Assembly (NCBI RefSeq): GCF_001194135.2 | Contig: NC_068983.1 | Location: forward strand, 63,145,371-63,209,370 | Length of the DNA stretch: 64,000 nt | Direction: 5' to 3' | Origin: Octopus bimaculoides | Lineage: Eukaryota | In this document: positions 37,469-52,677 of the stretch, one piece after another | Numbering within the stretch: the first letter of the stretch is position 1 | How the letters are laid out: the number at the start of each line of letters is the position of its first letter | Notes under the pieces: model-generated | What the model saw: only the letters and a program-made list of their open reading frames with translations | The model's database searches: none | Told to the model about the DNA's origin: nothing | Made by a program: the position numbers and the translations under genes

Positions 37469-37889
37469 GTGCGCGCGCACACATGGTGTGATGTGCACCA
37501 GCTCACATTCTCATGAAACATATAATGAAATATAATGATATCTGAAATGTTGGCACTTGATATATAATATTTTTGTATTGTATTGAACAACAGAACGTAT
37601 GATTAAATTATGTGCTGTAATTATATTAAAGATTAATAAAGTAATAATGCCACCCTGGGTCTTATTATTACAGGAAACGGAAGTAGATAAAAGCCTCGTT
37701 ATATGATGTTGAAGATACACCGATAATATAATTTGTTCATATCAAAAAGATTTAAAGAACATTTTAACACTCTACAGTATATATCAGCGCGCACACATAC
37801 ACACATACACACATACATGTACACGCAGACGTACCAACTGACACACACGTACATGTATGTATTCATTTATAGATTATAATATGTGTGTA

Positions 37890-37935
<46 letters not shown>

Positions 37936-38675
37936 TGTGAACATGTGTATTGTATCGTATAAAAATTTTCTTTTCATCTGCTTCAGTAAAAAGGAACAGA
38001 CAAATGATTTGTTTTCCACTTGCCCACAGCTGAAATCACATCAAATAAAATCTACAATCGACGAACAGTTTTTAGAAAAATTGATTTCTGTTAAGGAAGC
38101 ATATCTATCGCAAACTTCAGTCACCATCTACTTTTAAACGCGGCATCACCATAGAATTCAAATCTCAGACGATAAAATACATTTTGTATAAGTCTTATTT
38201 GTTATTTTTACCCTCAATGTTCATCCGGTGACAGTTTTCGTCCGTTAGAATCTATTTTTCCGTATTTTCATTGGTAAATTTCCTTTCGTCTCTGGATCAT
38301 ATTTCCTCTTGATCTAATGAAATAATTTCATTGTTCGCTAAGATGCGTTAAGAAGGAATTAGTTGGCAATCCGATACCGACGTTATTTTTCAATAAGCTA
38401 TATCTCACAAACGTGAGATATCTCCCTCTTTTTACTTGGTTGTAGTTTGCAGTTATCGATGTTTTTTATTGATCAATATCCCTAAGAATGCCTTTTGTCG
38501 TTTAATGCAACATGTAGATCAAGATATTGTCCAGAATAAGTGTGAGAGTTGTAAAATATTGATTCCTTAAGACCTGACAAAATGAGAATTGCGTGTATCT
38601 TTGTGTAAAAGTACATATACATTAGACAGACAGACAGACAGACAGACAGAAAGACAGACAGACAGACAGACAGAA

Positions 38676-38738
<63 letters not shown>

Positions 38739-38747
38739 TAGATATAT

Positions 38748-38799
<52 letters not shown>

Positions 38800-41700
38800 G
38801 TTTAAATGCATAACAAAATATCATTATGAAATTGTTTATTAGGAAAAACTTTCAAAAGTTATGTAGTATGAGTGCCTATAACATAAGTCCATTCAGTTCC
38901 CGAGAGCTAATATAGTAATATAAATTCAATTTATGGTTTGGAAATAACATAAGATACTAATATATTTCTTTTTAAATATTTCTAACAGAAATATCCTTAA
39001 AATATCCTTACTGCCTGTAACATTCTGCTTCTCATTGATACTAGAATGTCTGATTTATATAAAAACCGAAAGATTTAGTTTGAACCTCTGTGCGGAATAA
39101 AAATTAAATTTTTAACTCTGGTAACTCTTAATTTTTCACTCGAAATTATTTACAACTTTTATGGCTTTCTCGTGGATAACTATTTCTCGATACATCTTAA
39201 ATTTTACGGGAACTATATGGTCCTGAGCCTAGTTCCAGATCAAGAACATGTACATAAAATTGGGACAATGTGGTACCGGGTAAAGGAGATTATGTTAATA
39301 GCTCGAAAAGTTATTTTATTTAGTTCTAGACTGATAAAATAACTTAGTTCTAGACTGATAAAATAACTGGAGAAGAGGTATTTCCTCTAGCAAAAAGACT
39401 GGCAAAATCAATGAGAATCAGTACCACAACACTGGTAGAATCAATGAGCATCAGTACCACTCAGTTATACAGTAGCTTTGGGTAGAAGAAGATCGAGATT
39501 GGTGAAGGATGGAGACACTTTTAGGAATGGTGAAAAAAGAAAATGAAGGGAAAATAGGGAACCCAGACAAAAGGCGAGCAAGCGGCTGATAGTCCCTCAC
39601 GTTGAGATACACTATCTAATAGAATTTCTGAAAACTATGGTAATCCGAAAGAAGAGCCTTGCCTACACGGTCTAATTCTGATGCTAAAATAATATGAATC
39701 AAATACTACACAGATTTAAGAGATGGCGTACTATGTATTCCTTAATCATATATAGATAAAAGCTATTCTATCTGTTTATCATAACATGGTGCGAAGTTAC
39801 TTTCTAGAAGATGTGGAACCCTTCGAGACTGAAGTGAAGCTGAAACTGACCGAAGTCAATTTTGAAACTCTCATTTCGTAGAAAGTGATCTGAGCAGGAG
39901 GTCAAAGGCGAAAGATGCTCTGAATTTACTGGCGGCGGTTTCTCATTTATGAATGGAAGATGCCTTGATTTGTACGTTTTGTGGAATATTTACTTTATCA
40001 ATTTATTGCATAACATTTTCACTCCATCCCCATTCAGTATTTATAAATATATCACACAACTCTTGTACTCATTTTCTTTGAGACGCTTCGTATTTCATGA
40101 ATACTTTCAGGTCTGAGCACTATTGATTTGTGTTTTTCTTTCTTTTTTGACGAGCACCTCATGTTACATGTAGGACAGATCGCGTTATCAGCCATGTTCA
40201 TCATGACGATCACCCCACAGTCCCCTTTTAATAGGGTAGGAGAGAATATTTTCCTGTCTGGTGACTACGGTGAAATAGGATGTGAGATGGACGAGGTTAA
40301 ATCCACAAGGAACAGACATTTTTCTCTTCGGTCAAGCTTTCAAAAACTTTTTCTTTTTATTTTGGTTACTTCAGAAGGAAAGTGAGTTTGAAGTGAGAAA
40401 TACTCAGCTCTAGTGAATTTGTTAAAGTATGTGGTGGATATATATATAGAGAGAGTGAATGGAGCTTATCTAAGTATAGATATATTTAAGACTATTATGT
40501 GGTCTCTTTTTCCTTAATTCCATCTCTCCGTTTCCCTCCCATTCCAAGTCTTATTTTTACTATTTCTCGCTCTTCTCCCCGAAAACTAAAATGCACCAGC
40601 TGTCGACCAACACAGTAACCCAAATAATACGACACAATTCATTCTGTTATAATTATATTTTTGACATCGTTCTATAAACCATATATGCAGCTCACAAAAG
40701 AACTCTGCTTATAAATAAGGACTGGTTCGCTTCCACGTGCACGAAACACCTCGACCGCTTCCAAAAGGACAGCCTCGTACCGAAATTCTACCTCAACTGG
40801 TTCACAGATAGTTTCCACTCTTTGTGGGGTTTTTTTTTTACAGTAACTATCACAGCTCCTTTGCTATCAAACTATGTGCCTTCACTTCCAAAATCACCAA
40901 CAAAACTATAGCAAAATATATGATAACCTCGTTTCTTCTTTTCACTTACTACCCACATTGTATTTTTTCGCTTAACTGGAACTCAACATTTTTGCAGTAG
41001 TCTTCTTATGCCAGAACTACAACAGTTTCTATATAATATTTTCCCGTATCCCCTTGACAGTGAACTATCTGTGACACCTGCTTTCCCAAGATAACTCTTT
41101 ACTCTATTGCATATAACTCTTTACGCTCTTGTATATAACCTATTTCACATGACAGTATATGTTTTTAATGAATCTCAGACATGAAAGATTCAGTAATCTC
41201 AAGCTTTGAAGTACAAGCCACTTACACTTGAACTATGTATTTCAAACGTTCTCACTAATGCAGAAAGTTCCGTATGTTTTAAGAAAGAGAGACGGGCGAG
41301 AGAAGGGGTAAAGTTATGTCGCTTGTGATGTTATTTAGTCTCACGTCAGCCCAGACGAAATATACTAATAATCTAAAAGTAGAATGCTCTACATCATGCA
41401 ACATGTTTTTCTTTTTAAAGACAGCAGGACGACATTTAATGGAATTATTCCCAATAAGTTTTATAGCCACATATAGGCTATCTCTGATATTAGAGATGTT
41501 AGTGAAATGAACTAGTTTTAAAAAGAACCTGGAAATTGTGTAGTAGACCCAATACGTGGAAATCTTATTTCTTTCTCTAGGAGAATAATCGAACTAAGAA
41601 GGCTACTCTGTTAGCTGTTTTCATAAAAACTACAGCGTGTTATTGTTTGGCCTCAAAGAACCCAAATCATGAAGACTTTTGATCAAAGATCGTCTTTTAA

Positions 41701-42592
41701 GGGTTTATATAGTTTTACTGGACTGTATTAAGTATCCGTTCTTTTCATTTAGAAAGAAATGACTACTACTTTTAGTAGATCAAGCGTCTAAAAGCTCCCT
41801 TGTCGGTTCGTAATATTTCATGTATCAGAACGTCTCACTTTAGCTTCTAAAAACTTTGCTATTCATGGTTCGGAGGTCGACAAAAGCTGCACCACTCACA
41901 TACTGGGGTAGATCAAATAGAAATATACTGCTTGTTAATAATTGTTTTTTAGTCCTACAGGTACGGAACCGATTAATTCGTATACTATTTACCGGTCTTA
42001 TTGAAAAGAATAATAATCACCCAATATTATATCTAAAACGAAGTGGAAACATAAAAAATGAGAATGAGAAAAAGTGTTTAAAGCGGAATTGAAAACTACC
42101 GATAAAATCCACGGTTTCATTGCTAAGAATATAGATGGGTATTTAATTGCGTAATAACTGTGGATTTCATTTAAATAATACCGACATCTAGAGAAAATAC
42201 ATATTTTAAATTAAATAGTAATATATTTGCCGTTGGGCCTAGCAGAAATTTTGCGTTGAGAGAATTGCTTTTGATAGTTTTGTAAACTTATTTTACTTTC
42301 AATATTCAGTGCAATTTCTTCGAAAAATAATTAATTCACGCACTAAAACACAAACATTGTTTTTTCACATTTTATCCTAAAGACAGATTCTTGACAATCA
42401 AACAACCTGTGTATCTATCCAGTTATGTATGCTGTTGGATACACACATACATACCTATATATTCATGAAATACCAGCCTATCTGCCTAGCGAGCACAGAA
42501 TACACACTTAAATCTCTCTCTCTCTTTACATAATTTGTATATACACATACGTACATAGACACACATACATACACTCTCACACACACATATAC

Positions 42593-42651
<59 letters not shown>

Positions 42652-43489
42652 CATACATGTACATAGATATTTATATATACAAATATATTTGCATAAATGC
42701 ATATATTTATATATGTGCAGACACACATGCATATATATATATATAATTCAATTGCACTGTAGTTTACAGTTTATAAATAAGTTACCATAACTTTGATATC
42801 TTTTTATCTGCGTGTGTGTGTGTGTGTGTGTCCGTGCGTGAGTGTGCATACGTGTGTGCGCGCGCGCATATGTGTGAATACGTATGTACGCGCATTTTCG
42901 CAGTGTATGTGGGTAGAGGGCGCTCGTAAGAAAATCTCACGAAATATACAGATGTGTATTTGTTTATATATCATAATGAAAAAAAAAAATCAATGTACGA
43001 CATATCTGGTAATTATATATCATTTCTACAAACAAATAAATATATTTCTCCATGGAAAGCATACCAATCCAATTCACATCCAATCTCCATTCAATTAAAC
43101 TTATTCAAATATCTATAAAGGTATCCTGTGAAATATACTGTGGTGTATTTATGTGAAATCATTTGTAAAAGTCATATTTGAGCGTATCAATAATAAAATA
43201 TATATCTATAAAAGTTTTCAAGTCATTTCTAAAAGTTGTTCAAATATACAATTATGTTCTTCTTTAAATTCAGGTTCGTTGTTAATCATAGTATATTTCT
43301 GTGAGCAGCATCCTTCTTTCTAATTTCAGTTTCTCTTCTTTTATTCTCTCTTCCTTCCTTAGCCTTAGTCTCTCTGATGAGTGTGTCTATCTACCAGCAT
43401 ATCACTCTCGCCCCATGTCTCTCCACATTCGTACACATAAATAAACATGTATTTCTATGCCTATATTCATTCATCTATCAATCTATTTT

Positions 43490-43596
<107 letters not shown>

Positions 43597-43925
43597 ATAT
43601 ATATATATATATATATGATATGCTAGGCCACTGGTTTTAAGTTGATGTTAATTAAATTAATATTCAATTTATCACCCTCAGTATATAAATATTAATTTAA
43701 ATAATTATGCTCTCTAGCCGGCAACATATACTGCAGTGAATTATCCTCTGCAGAACTGTTCCCGGAATTTAGCTCGGCAGAGCTGAGACATTTGAAAATA
43801 ACCCCAATGTAATCGGTAGAACTGTACGCACGTCAAATTTTATGAAGACAATTCGTGTATAGTTCTNNNNNNNNNNTATGAAGACAATTCGTGTATAGTT
43901 CTGCAAATTATATTGAATTTAGAAC

Positions 43926-43993
43926 GATTGTACTGATGAACCACGGACGTTTTTACGTAAGTAACAAGTTGATGGGGAAACCGGTATACGATT
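43926..43993 (+). ncRNA. Minimal type I hammerhead ribozyme candidate with palindromic stem III
   Basis: GATTGTA-CTGATGA-(A CCA..TGG G)-GAA-ACCGGT-A-TACGATT: 7-bp stem I (2 GU), intact cores, GUA triplet, imperfect stem II. Confidence 0.65.
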
Positions 43994-44261
43994 AATTCTT
44001 TATTGTGTATATTTTTCATTTGTCTTGCCCGCTTATGTTATAGTATTTGCTGAATTTTTTCTGGAGAACATTATTTTTCTTTGTGGTTGGGTCGTTGATG
44101 ACCTCTTTCTAGCATATCAGATGTCCACTTAGTGTTCATCCCTTCTTATACGCATGCAATACAATTTTTCTGAATTTTTAGATTTTTTATATGCTAGGCG
44201 ACTGGTTTTAAATTGATGTTAATTAAATTAATATTCAATTTCTCACCCTCAGTATATATAT

Positions 44262-44443
44262 AGGCGAAGGTGTGGCTGTATACCGCATTCGTGACTAAGT
44301 GGAAGAGGTTTGCTTACCAACCACATGATTCAGGGTTCAGTCCCTCTGTGTGGCACCTTGAGCAAGTGTCTTCTACTATAGCCTCAGTCTGACCAGAGCT
44401 CTGTGAGTGGATTTGGCAGACGCAAACTGGAAGAAACTCGTCA
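44262..44443 (+). mobile_element. SINE family A head + CORE
   Basis: gggttcagtccc box B, ccttgagcaagtgtctt CORE-like motif; ~19-nt insertion after box A. Confidence 0.85.
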
Positions 44444-45195
44444 TATATATATATATATATATATAGGAGAGTATTGTAGTTCGCTTGAAGCCTTGTGTAT
44501 TGTTTGTAAAGAATAAAAGTTTAGAATGGTACAACAATGCACTATAAAACAAAAAATGGACTATATACCTGTTGTAATTTGGTTATCTATAGTCCGATGA
44601 TATTTCGGAATTACAACATATATAATGTCCATTTTTTGTTTTATAGTGCATTGTTGTACCATTCAAGACTTTTATTCTTTTTATATATATATANNNNNNN
44701 NNNNNNNNNNNNNNNNNNNNNNNNNNNNNNNNNNNNNNNNNNNNNNNNNNNNNNNNNNNNNNNNNNNNNNNNNNNNNNNNNNNNNNNNNNNNNNNNNNNN
44801 NNNNNNNNNNNNNNNNNNNNNNNNNNNNNNNNNNNNNNNNNNNNNNNNNNNNNNNNNNNNNNNNNNNNNNNNNNNNNNNNNNNNNNNNNNNNNNNNNNNN
44901 NNNNNNNNNNNNNNNNNNNNNNNNNNNNNNNNNNNNNNNNNNNNNNNNNNNNNNNNNNNNNNNNNNNNNNNNNNNNNNNNNNNNNNNNNNNNNNNNNNNN
45001 NNNNNNNNNNATATATTTACCTATGTATATATGTATCCGTATGACTACGTGTGTGTATATGGGTGTATGTGTGTGTACGCGTGTATTTGTGTGCGTGTAG
45101 GTGTACGCATGTGACATACAGGTAACTCAACAGATAATGACAACGGGATAGAAAGAAACGAACAACTAAATTTAGCTAAACTTATGCATACAGAA

Positions 45196-45243
<48 letters not shown>

Positions 45244-45721
45244 ACGCGTGCGTTTGTATAAAATTTATAATCAATGACACACAATTTTGGTTCATTCATC
45301 GCCGTTAGATCTTTGGTATTGATTAGTCAATCATCAAAGTATACCACGCCCTTTATAAGTGGACGAATAAAATATCAAAACAACAAATCTGAGAACTATC
45401 TAATCATATTCCTGGAAATCAATATTTTGTGCAAAAAAAAAAGAAAACTCCGAAATGGCATCAAAGGGACGCTACGAGACCAAATTTCACCTAGTGACTC
45501 CTACAATGATGCAGTAAAACCCGTTTAATCACGTGGTGTTTGTAAACAGGAGCTCCTCTAAATATCTTCTGGAAGTTTACTCTACATTGTTTGCACTGTT
45601 TAACATAGACAATTTTCTCAAAATTTTCTTCGTTTAAGATGAACAATTAGACACAAAACTTTAATAAGAATACAAAAGAACAGAGCTCTAGCACTAACGC
45701 TTTCCTCTTGGTTTCACTTAC

Positions 45722-45750
45722 CAGAGTGCGACCATAAGAAGCTGGTCTAC
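45722..45750 (-). CDS. Candidate 29-nt micro-exon (RPASYGRTL or VDQLLMVAL)
   Basis: ggtctttag|G ... CTG|gtaagt on the minus strand; no other support. Confidence 0.2.
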
Positions 45751-46021
45751 CTAAAGACCATATATATGGTACATATTTTATTAATATATATATATTTTCC
45801 ATTGACTAAGTTACCTACATTAATCAACTCGGTATATTGTGTTTTTTTTTTTGTACATGCTTGTGTTGTTCCACACACCTGAACTAGGAGGCATATACAG
45901 ACGGACACACACAGATGCACACGCACATATACATACAAACACACAGGTAGATAGACAGAGAGATAGATATTGATTGTAACATTGACAAAGAGTCTAAATA
46001 TTCTTTTCTACTGTAGACACA

Positions 46022-46835
46022 AAAAGATGAAAGGCAAAGTCGACATCGGTGGAATTTGAACTCAGACGAAATGCCGCTAAGCATTTCGCCCGGCGTGCTA
46101 NNNNNNNNNNNNNNNNNNNNNNNNNNNNNNNNNNNNNNNNNNNNNNNNNNNNNNNNNNNNNNNNNNNNNNNNNNNNNNNNNNNNNNNNNNNNNNNNNNNN
46201 NNNNNNNNNNNNNNNNNNNNNNNNNNNNNNNNNNNNNNNNNNNNNNNNNNNNNNNNNNNNNNNNNNNNNNNNNNNNNNNNNNNNNNNNNNNNNNNNNNNN
46301 NNNNNNNNNNNNNNNNNNNNNNNNNNNNNNNNNNNNNNNNNNNNNNNNNNNNNNNNNNNNNNNNNNNNNNNNNNNNNNNNNNNNNNNNNNNNNNNNNNNN
46401 NNNNNNNNNNNNNNNNNNNNNNNNNNNNNNNNNNNNNNNNNNNNNNNNNNNNNNNNNNNNNNNNNNNNNNNNNNNNNNNNNNNNNNNNNNNNNNNNNNNN
46501 NNNNNNNNNNNNNNNNNNNNNNNNNNNNNNNNNNNNNNNNNNNNNNNNNNNNNNNNNNNNNNNNNNNNNNNNAGACGGACGAAATGCCGCTAAGCATTTT
46601 TCCCGGCGTGCTAACGATTCTGAAAGGTCGCCGTCAAAATGATAATTACTATTCTAGGAAGTATTTAATATCTTTATAGATATTAAATACCTCCAAGTAT
46701 ATTCTTTTCTACTCCAGGCACAAGGCTCGAAATTTTTAGGGAGGGGGCCAGTCGACTAGATCGACCCCAGTACGCAACTGGTGCTTAATCTATCGACCAC
46801 GAAAGGATAAAAGGCAAAGTTGACCTCGGCGCAAT
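46022..46835 (-). mobile_element. Cluster of SINE family C fragments around a gap (46022-46100, 46573-46640, 46700-46835)
   Basis: Family C head, core and tail motifs. Confidence 0.85.
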
Positions 46836-48397
46836 TTGGCTTCGTAGAATATAAAAGGGAATTGCATGTATATAAGTATGGAAAGACAATAAGTATATCT
46901 AAATTTATATAAGTTTATATAATATATAAGTTAGCTAAATGGAATCTTTATGGTTTTATTAAATTGGTGTGGTCAACGACTTTGCATGTTTGTAACTTTG
47001 TCGATACGTACAATTACCATTTCAAGTGCTTTTATGCAACACAAATTAAAACTATTCTCACCCACATTATACGGAAGTAATGTTAGTATACATAGAGATG
47101 CAGCACAGAATTTTGTCAGTGAACAGGTCGCGGTCGCAAAACGACGAAAATATTTTGACAAATTAAACTTAAATGTTGAAGTGAATCTAACGATTTTTGT
47201 ATGTTATTTTAAATGGCTTATAAACACCTTCCATGCTGCAATTGTTTTTGTTCCAGCACACGATCTCAGATCAAGGTCACTTGCTATGCAAGTACATCTC
47301 TGCAAAAATGTTAGTATAATTGACCAGGAAAAAAATAATCACTATTTCTGTCTTACTCTCACCCTGAAAGCCTGAATTTCGCAGGAGTGCTGATAAAATC
47401 AAGCATCTGGATTTCACGAATGTTGTTTTACTCAGTATATAAACTGTCGAAAATTATTCAGTGAATATTTGATACTATAATGTGTATTATGCAAACAGAT
47501 ATATATTAGGTGTTAATATTACTAAAAAGCACATAAACAGCACGCATGAATTTGTATTCGTGATTACTTTTCTGTGACAAACACAGAATATTCTCTTCAG
47601 GAGAATGACTGGCAACTGCGATGGGAGGAATAATATTCACAGTAAATACTGACATCAAGAAATTAAATGAAGAGTTACTAGATGAATAATATGCTTATTG
47701 TAGGAGATACAAAAGAAAAGTTTGCGAAGAGAGAAACGCGAAGCCAAGAGAAATAAGTATATTAGCTGGTAAAGAGAAATAAATCATGCGTGGAGATGGG
47801 GGAATTGGGAAGAGGAAGTTAGGAAGGAAGGAAAAGAAGTAACAGAAAACGGTATATATAAAGATAGTGTTAAGAAAGAGAAGATGAAAAGAAAAGAAGG
47901 ATAGAACAGATGAGAGGGCCACTCAGTTAGTGCAAGATGTGTAACTTTCAGTTGGGAGGGTTACAAAGCTAAGAAATGACAAATTTTGTGTTGAGTGAAC
48001 AAATGAAAGAAATTCATAATACAGAAGAAAGGAATGGTCCACAAAAGAAACACCCTGCCATTCATCCTTCTCAAGAACATAATCTCTGATTGTCACATAA
48101 AAATTCATGTGTGTTGCTAATACATTGCTTATACGCTTTTGAGAAATATTGCCTCATAATGTACACCTGATTTGTAATACGCATTATAAGATCAAACATT
48201 CATTGAATATTTGAAACAGCTGTAAAGATATATTTACATAATTTACACATCGTCGATACATGTAGCACTTAAAAATGTATTCCTTTCACCTATTGATGTT
48301 TGTCTATCTTTGGACTCTATATGCGTGAGTGTGAAGATAGACAGATAGAGAAACAAACAAACCAGTAGACATATAGAAAGATAGCTAGCTAGCTAGC

Positions 48398-48460
<63 letters not shown>

Positions 48461-51400
48461 TGTTTTGCAAGGATTTTGTGTTGAAAAGGATTGTAATATT
48501 TTGGAGGAGCCACATATTCTGAAATCATTAACACACTAATACCGGTTGTTATTTTTAGATCTTTGCTTTATTTTGTCCCCAGAATATTTTCGCCACATTA
48601 TTTCTGTAGCCTTCTCAATGTGTTTAAATTTTCAAATGATTTGAATTTTTATTCTGTGTTATGCTATTAAATTACATCTCTATGCCAAGCATGTGAGCTG
48701 ACTGAGAGGTAACGATTGGTCTTATTTATTTTGTTTATTTTCGCAACATAAGAACACGTAATATGCGGCGGAGGGCGAGATTGAATTGACTTAGTTTTAG
48801 TCTTATTGTATCCTTATCGTTGTAGTACTTTAGGTGGTGGTGTTCTTGTTTCATTCTTTCTATTGAGTGTATGCACTGCAAAGGTGGCGAGCATCCTTTT
48901 GTATTCTTTTAATTTGTCTTAATGTAATATCCTTTTGATGCTTCGAAAGTGTTTTTAATGCAACATTTTTGTAGATCCATTGTGCTTTAGTACAGAATTT
49001 TCATAGCGTATGGTTGTTGATTTGTTTTCACTGCATTGTCAACCCTCTGCAATACATTCACTTATGCTGCTGGTAGTTTTCCTATACAGGTTGTGGTGTT
49101 GTCATTTTCCGCCTTTGCTCCCCTCTAGGACAATGACCTTGTACCTGTGGTAGAAATCAATATTCTTATTGGAAACAGGATTGGTAGAGAGGCCGACAAA
49201 ATTCTTTTGGTTGTAAATTAGACCTCTTACATTTTGAGTTCAAGTCCCATTGGGCTTAAGTTTCTCCTTCATTCTATTTATGATAAGATAAATACTAATT
49301 GAGTACGATAATCGATTACTATACTCTCCCGTGCGAATATACCTATCTTGAGACAAATCTAATTATTTTTGTTACATACATGTACCCTATCTCATCACCA
49401 AAGAATTAGGGATAATTATATCTGTTAATGCTCATCTAGGTCTGGTGTTGGTAGTGCTGGTAGTGGTGGTGGTAGTGGTGGTGGTGGTGAGGGTGGAAAT
49501 AGTGATGTGGTAGGGGTGGTGTTTGTACTTTGTTTTTAATGATATAGTTGTTTTTTTTCATTCGCAAAATATGCATTTTTTAAAAGGAATATGCATTTTT
49601 TTAAAAGAAAGTGAAAAAAATAAAAATCGGCTATAATAATGTAGTCTTCCAGTCCCATTGCTATGAAGGCATGATGCTGTGGAGAAAAAAAAATTGGAGG
49701 AAAAAGTTACAAAGGTTTAAAAATCGAAAAAACTGTATATATTTTTAGCCAATAGCGAGACAGAAGTTTTCTGCGTTTAGCGGAGCGGTGTCAACTTTAA
49801 GGTTGTACCCTGTGAAATTAATAGTTTAGCGTCTGACCTGGTCATTGTAGGTTTGTAAATAAACAGAAATACCTTATTTCATTGTAGGTTTCTAAATAAA
49901 CAGAAATTCCTAATAAAGTCAACATACATCATCTTACTGTTTCTTTTGTCTCTTTATTGATTGTATGTTTTTATTATTTAAAAAAAATTATATTAATTTA
50001 TTTGTCTGCATGTGTTTACTTCATGTGTATTTCAGTATTATATATACCTGTCATGTATTTGTGTACATCATTAATATATAAGTACATGTGTGTGCGTGTA
50101 AAGGGGGCGTCTGTCTCCAAAACTCCTAAGTTGAGTAACGTTTTCATGCTTGGATTTGCCAGCTACGATAAGAATAACCCTGGACAACAAAGAATTTGTC
50201 TCAAGAAAAAGAATTTATGTATCTTATATGTTTTTGCATGCAGAATTCAAAAATAATGTTAAGTTATCTGTATCGTCCACAGATTCTCTGTTCTATGATA
50301 TTCTTCTCAGTTTCAGTTACGTGGGCTTAATTTCAGTTGAGCTGTTGAAACGCGAAGCTAACGATTTAAGAAATACTCCTAATTTAAATGTTTATGAATA
50401 AAATTAACTTAGTGAACTCATAAATCCAGCTGAATTAATGCGTCCCTAAAGCTTGGAAAGCATCAGTCGATGAATCACTAATGCTTTGTCAGTACTGTGC
50501 TTGAAGTGTATGTGCGTGGTTGTGTACTAAGTCCTCATATTCCATTCACCTTCATAATGCCAAGAAACCGTATAAACATCGCAAATAACTTTTGCTATAT
50601 ATGAAAAATATGTAAAATAGATTAAGACAATTCACGAAAAATATCTATAGTGAGATTCTAATTGATAAATATAATTTTTTTTTTTTTAAACAAAACACGC
50701 GGATGACGGAAATCTCATGGTGTGAAGAATCAACACAACGTGCGGGTGAAGTGAAACATAACACAACGTGCGGTTGTCATGGTAACAAGCTGTTAATGCT
50801 TCGCTATCTGTTGATTGGCTAAAATAACCCAAATATCCCAACTTTAATTCCAAATAACATCAGATTTTTTTAAATTTACGAGATAAAGTAGTTGGTTGAT
50901 CGTAATCAAAATTCAGAGTTGCATCAATACACCAAAATTGAAAGCAATCTGAGCAAACTTAAAGGGAGCGCATTTTGCGAATGAAACAAACTAAATCTGG
51001 TTTTAATGAAGGTTGAATGCATTGAATAGAATAAACAATAAAAGATATTACATAGTTAGCAGCATTAGGTAAAATAACTACTTTGCCTTGAGAAACTGTT
51101 TTTTCTGAGTTGTACAATGGAAATGGAATGAGTTGTAGAGCAACAATGGAAGACTCTCAAAGGTATATTGCATTTGTTTTAAAACCCATATTTTCTCCTC
51201 TCTCGACAAGCAAATTAAGAAATTTCCTGATTACATGAAAATGAAAGGTAAAATAGGTGGAATCACCCAACTCTGAAGCAATTATGTTATGAAAAACAAA
51301 GAGATGACATCTCAGACACTCTCAGCTTGGTTGAGAAGATTTATATTCAAGTAGCAAGGAATCGGTTATTAACAACAGAAGTAGAAATAGATGTTGTTTG

Positions 51401-51777
51401 TTTTGTGGTTTTTATCTTCCTAATTCATGAAAGATGTGCCTCGGGAATCAGGCAGAGTGATTCTGAAGATAGGCTGTGTTTATTGACACACTACTTATGG
51501 TAAAGGAAGCACATGCGCTTACGTACCATTTTGGATATACACTTCTACTTATGCACCATGAAATACATTTATATGTATGTCTGTTATTCGGTATAAGCAT
51601 ATACACAAATGTAAAGGTAGAAACATAAGTGTGCCAGCAAAAAATACACAGTAATCAAATTTTTCATTAAGATATAAGTATTTCATTAAGTTCATATACG
51701 CAAATATATAAATAAATATGCGTTAACACTACAGATATGTTTATATATTCAATTAAATATGCATATCCACGTATAAT

Positions 51778-51816
<39 letters not shown>

Positions 51817-52638
51817 ATGTGTGTATGTGTGTGTGTGTATAGACAGAGAGACAGAGAGAGAGAGAGAAGCTATATCTCTGCTTGTATCAATAAACCTTTA
51901 CACATACATGTGTACGCGCACACAATGTTTATATGAGATGCTTGTAAGTATATGTTTATAAGTTTATATGTACATGTATATTTGACACAAACAAACATAC
52001 ATACATATATACATCCATACATACATACATACAAACATACATACATACATACATACGTACATACATACATACACAGTCAGACAGATAGGTACACAGACAC
52101 CTGAATGCATATTCCATTTCAAACTTCTTTATCAATATACACAACGACATGTTATATATACAACTTCTTGAAAGGTAATTATAGGTATTGGAATACAAAA
52201 TCTTGAGCTCAAGATTGATCGGGCACCAGCGGGTATATGGATGCTTGTCTTCACATAAGTTCAGGTGTACACGTGCAAATATAAATAGGGATATACATAT
52301 ACATGTTCTTAAGTGTACATGAATATAAATATTCTTATATGCATATTCATGCCGCGTGTACATGTANNNNNNNNNNNNNNNNNNNNNNNNNNNNNNNNNN
52401 NNNNNNNNNNNNNNNNNNNNNNNNNNNNNNNNNNNNNNNNNNNNNNNNNNNNNNNNNNNNNNNNNNNNNNNNNNNNNNNNNNNNNNNNNNNNNNNNNNNN
52501 NNNNNNNNNNNNNNNNNNNNNNNNNNNNNNNNNNNNNNNNNNNNNNNNNNNNNNNNNNNNNNNNNNNNNNNNNNNNNNTATACATATATATATACGTATA
52601 TATATATATATATATATACATATATATACATATATATA

Positions 52639-52677
<39 letters not shown>

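Noticed and set aside
40375-40381. 7-nt micro-exon (ttcag|AAGGAAA|gtgagt)
   Set aside because: The splice signals are strong, but the length is not a multiple of 3 and such matches are expected by chance in 64 kb of AT-rich DNA.
46950-47375. 141-aa ORF
   Set aside because: TTG/ATG-poor start, AT-rich, no recognisable motif or splice structure.
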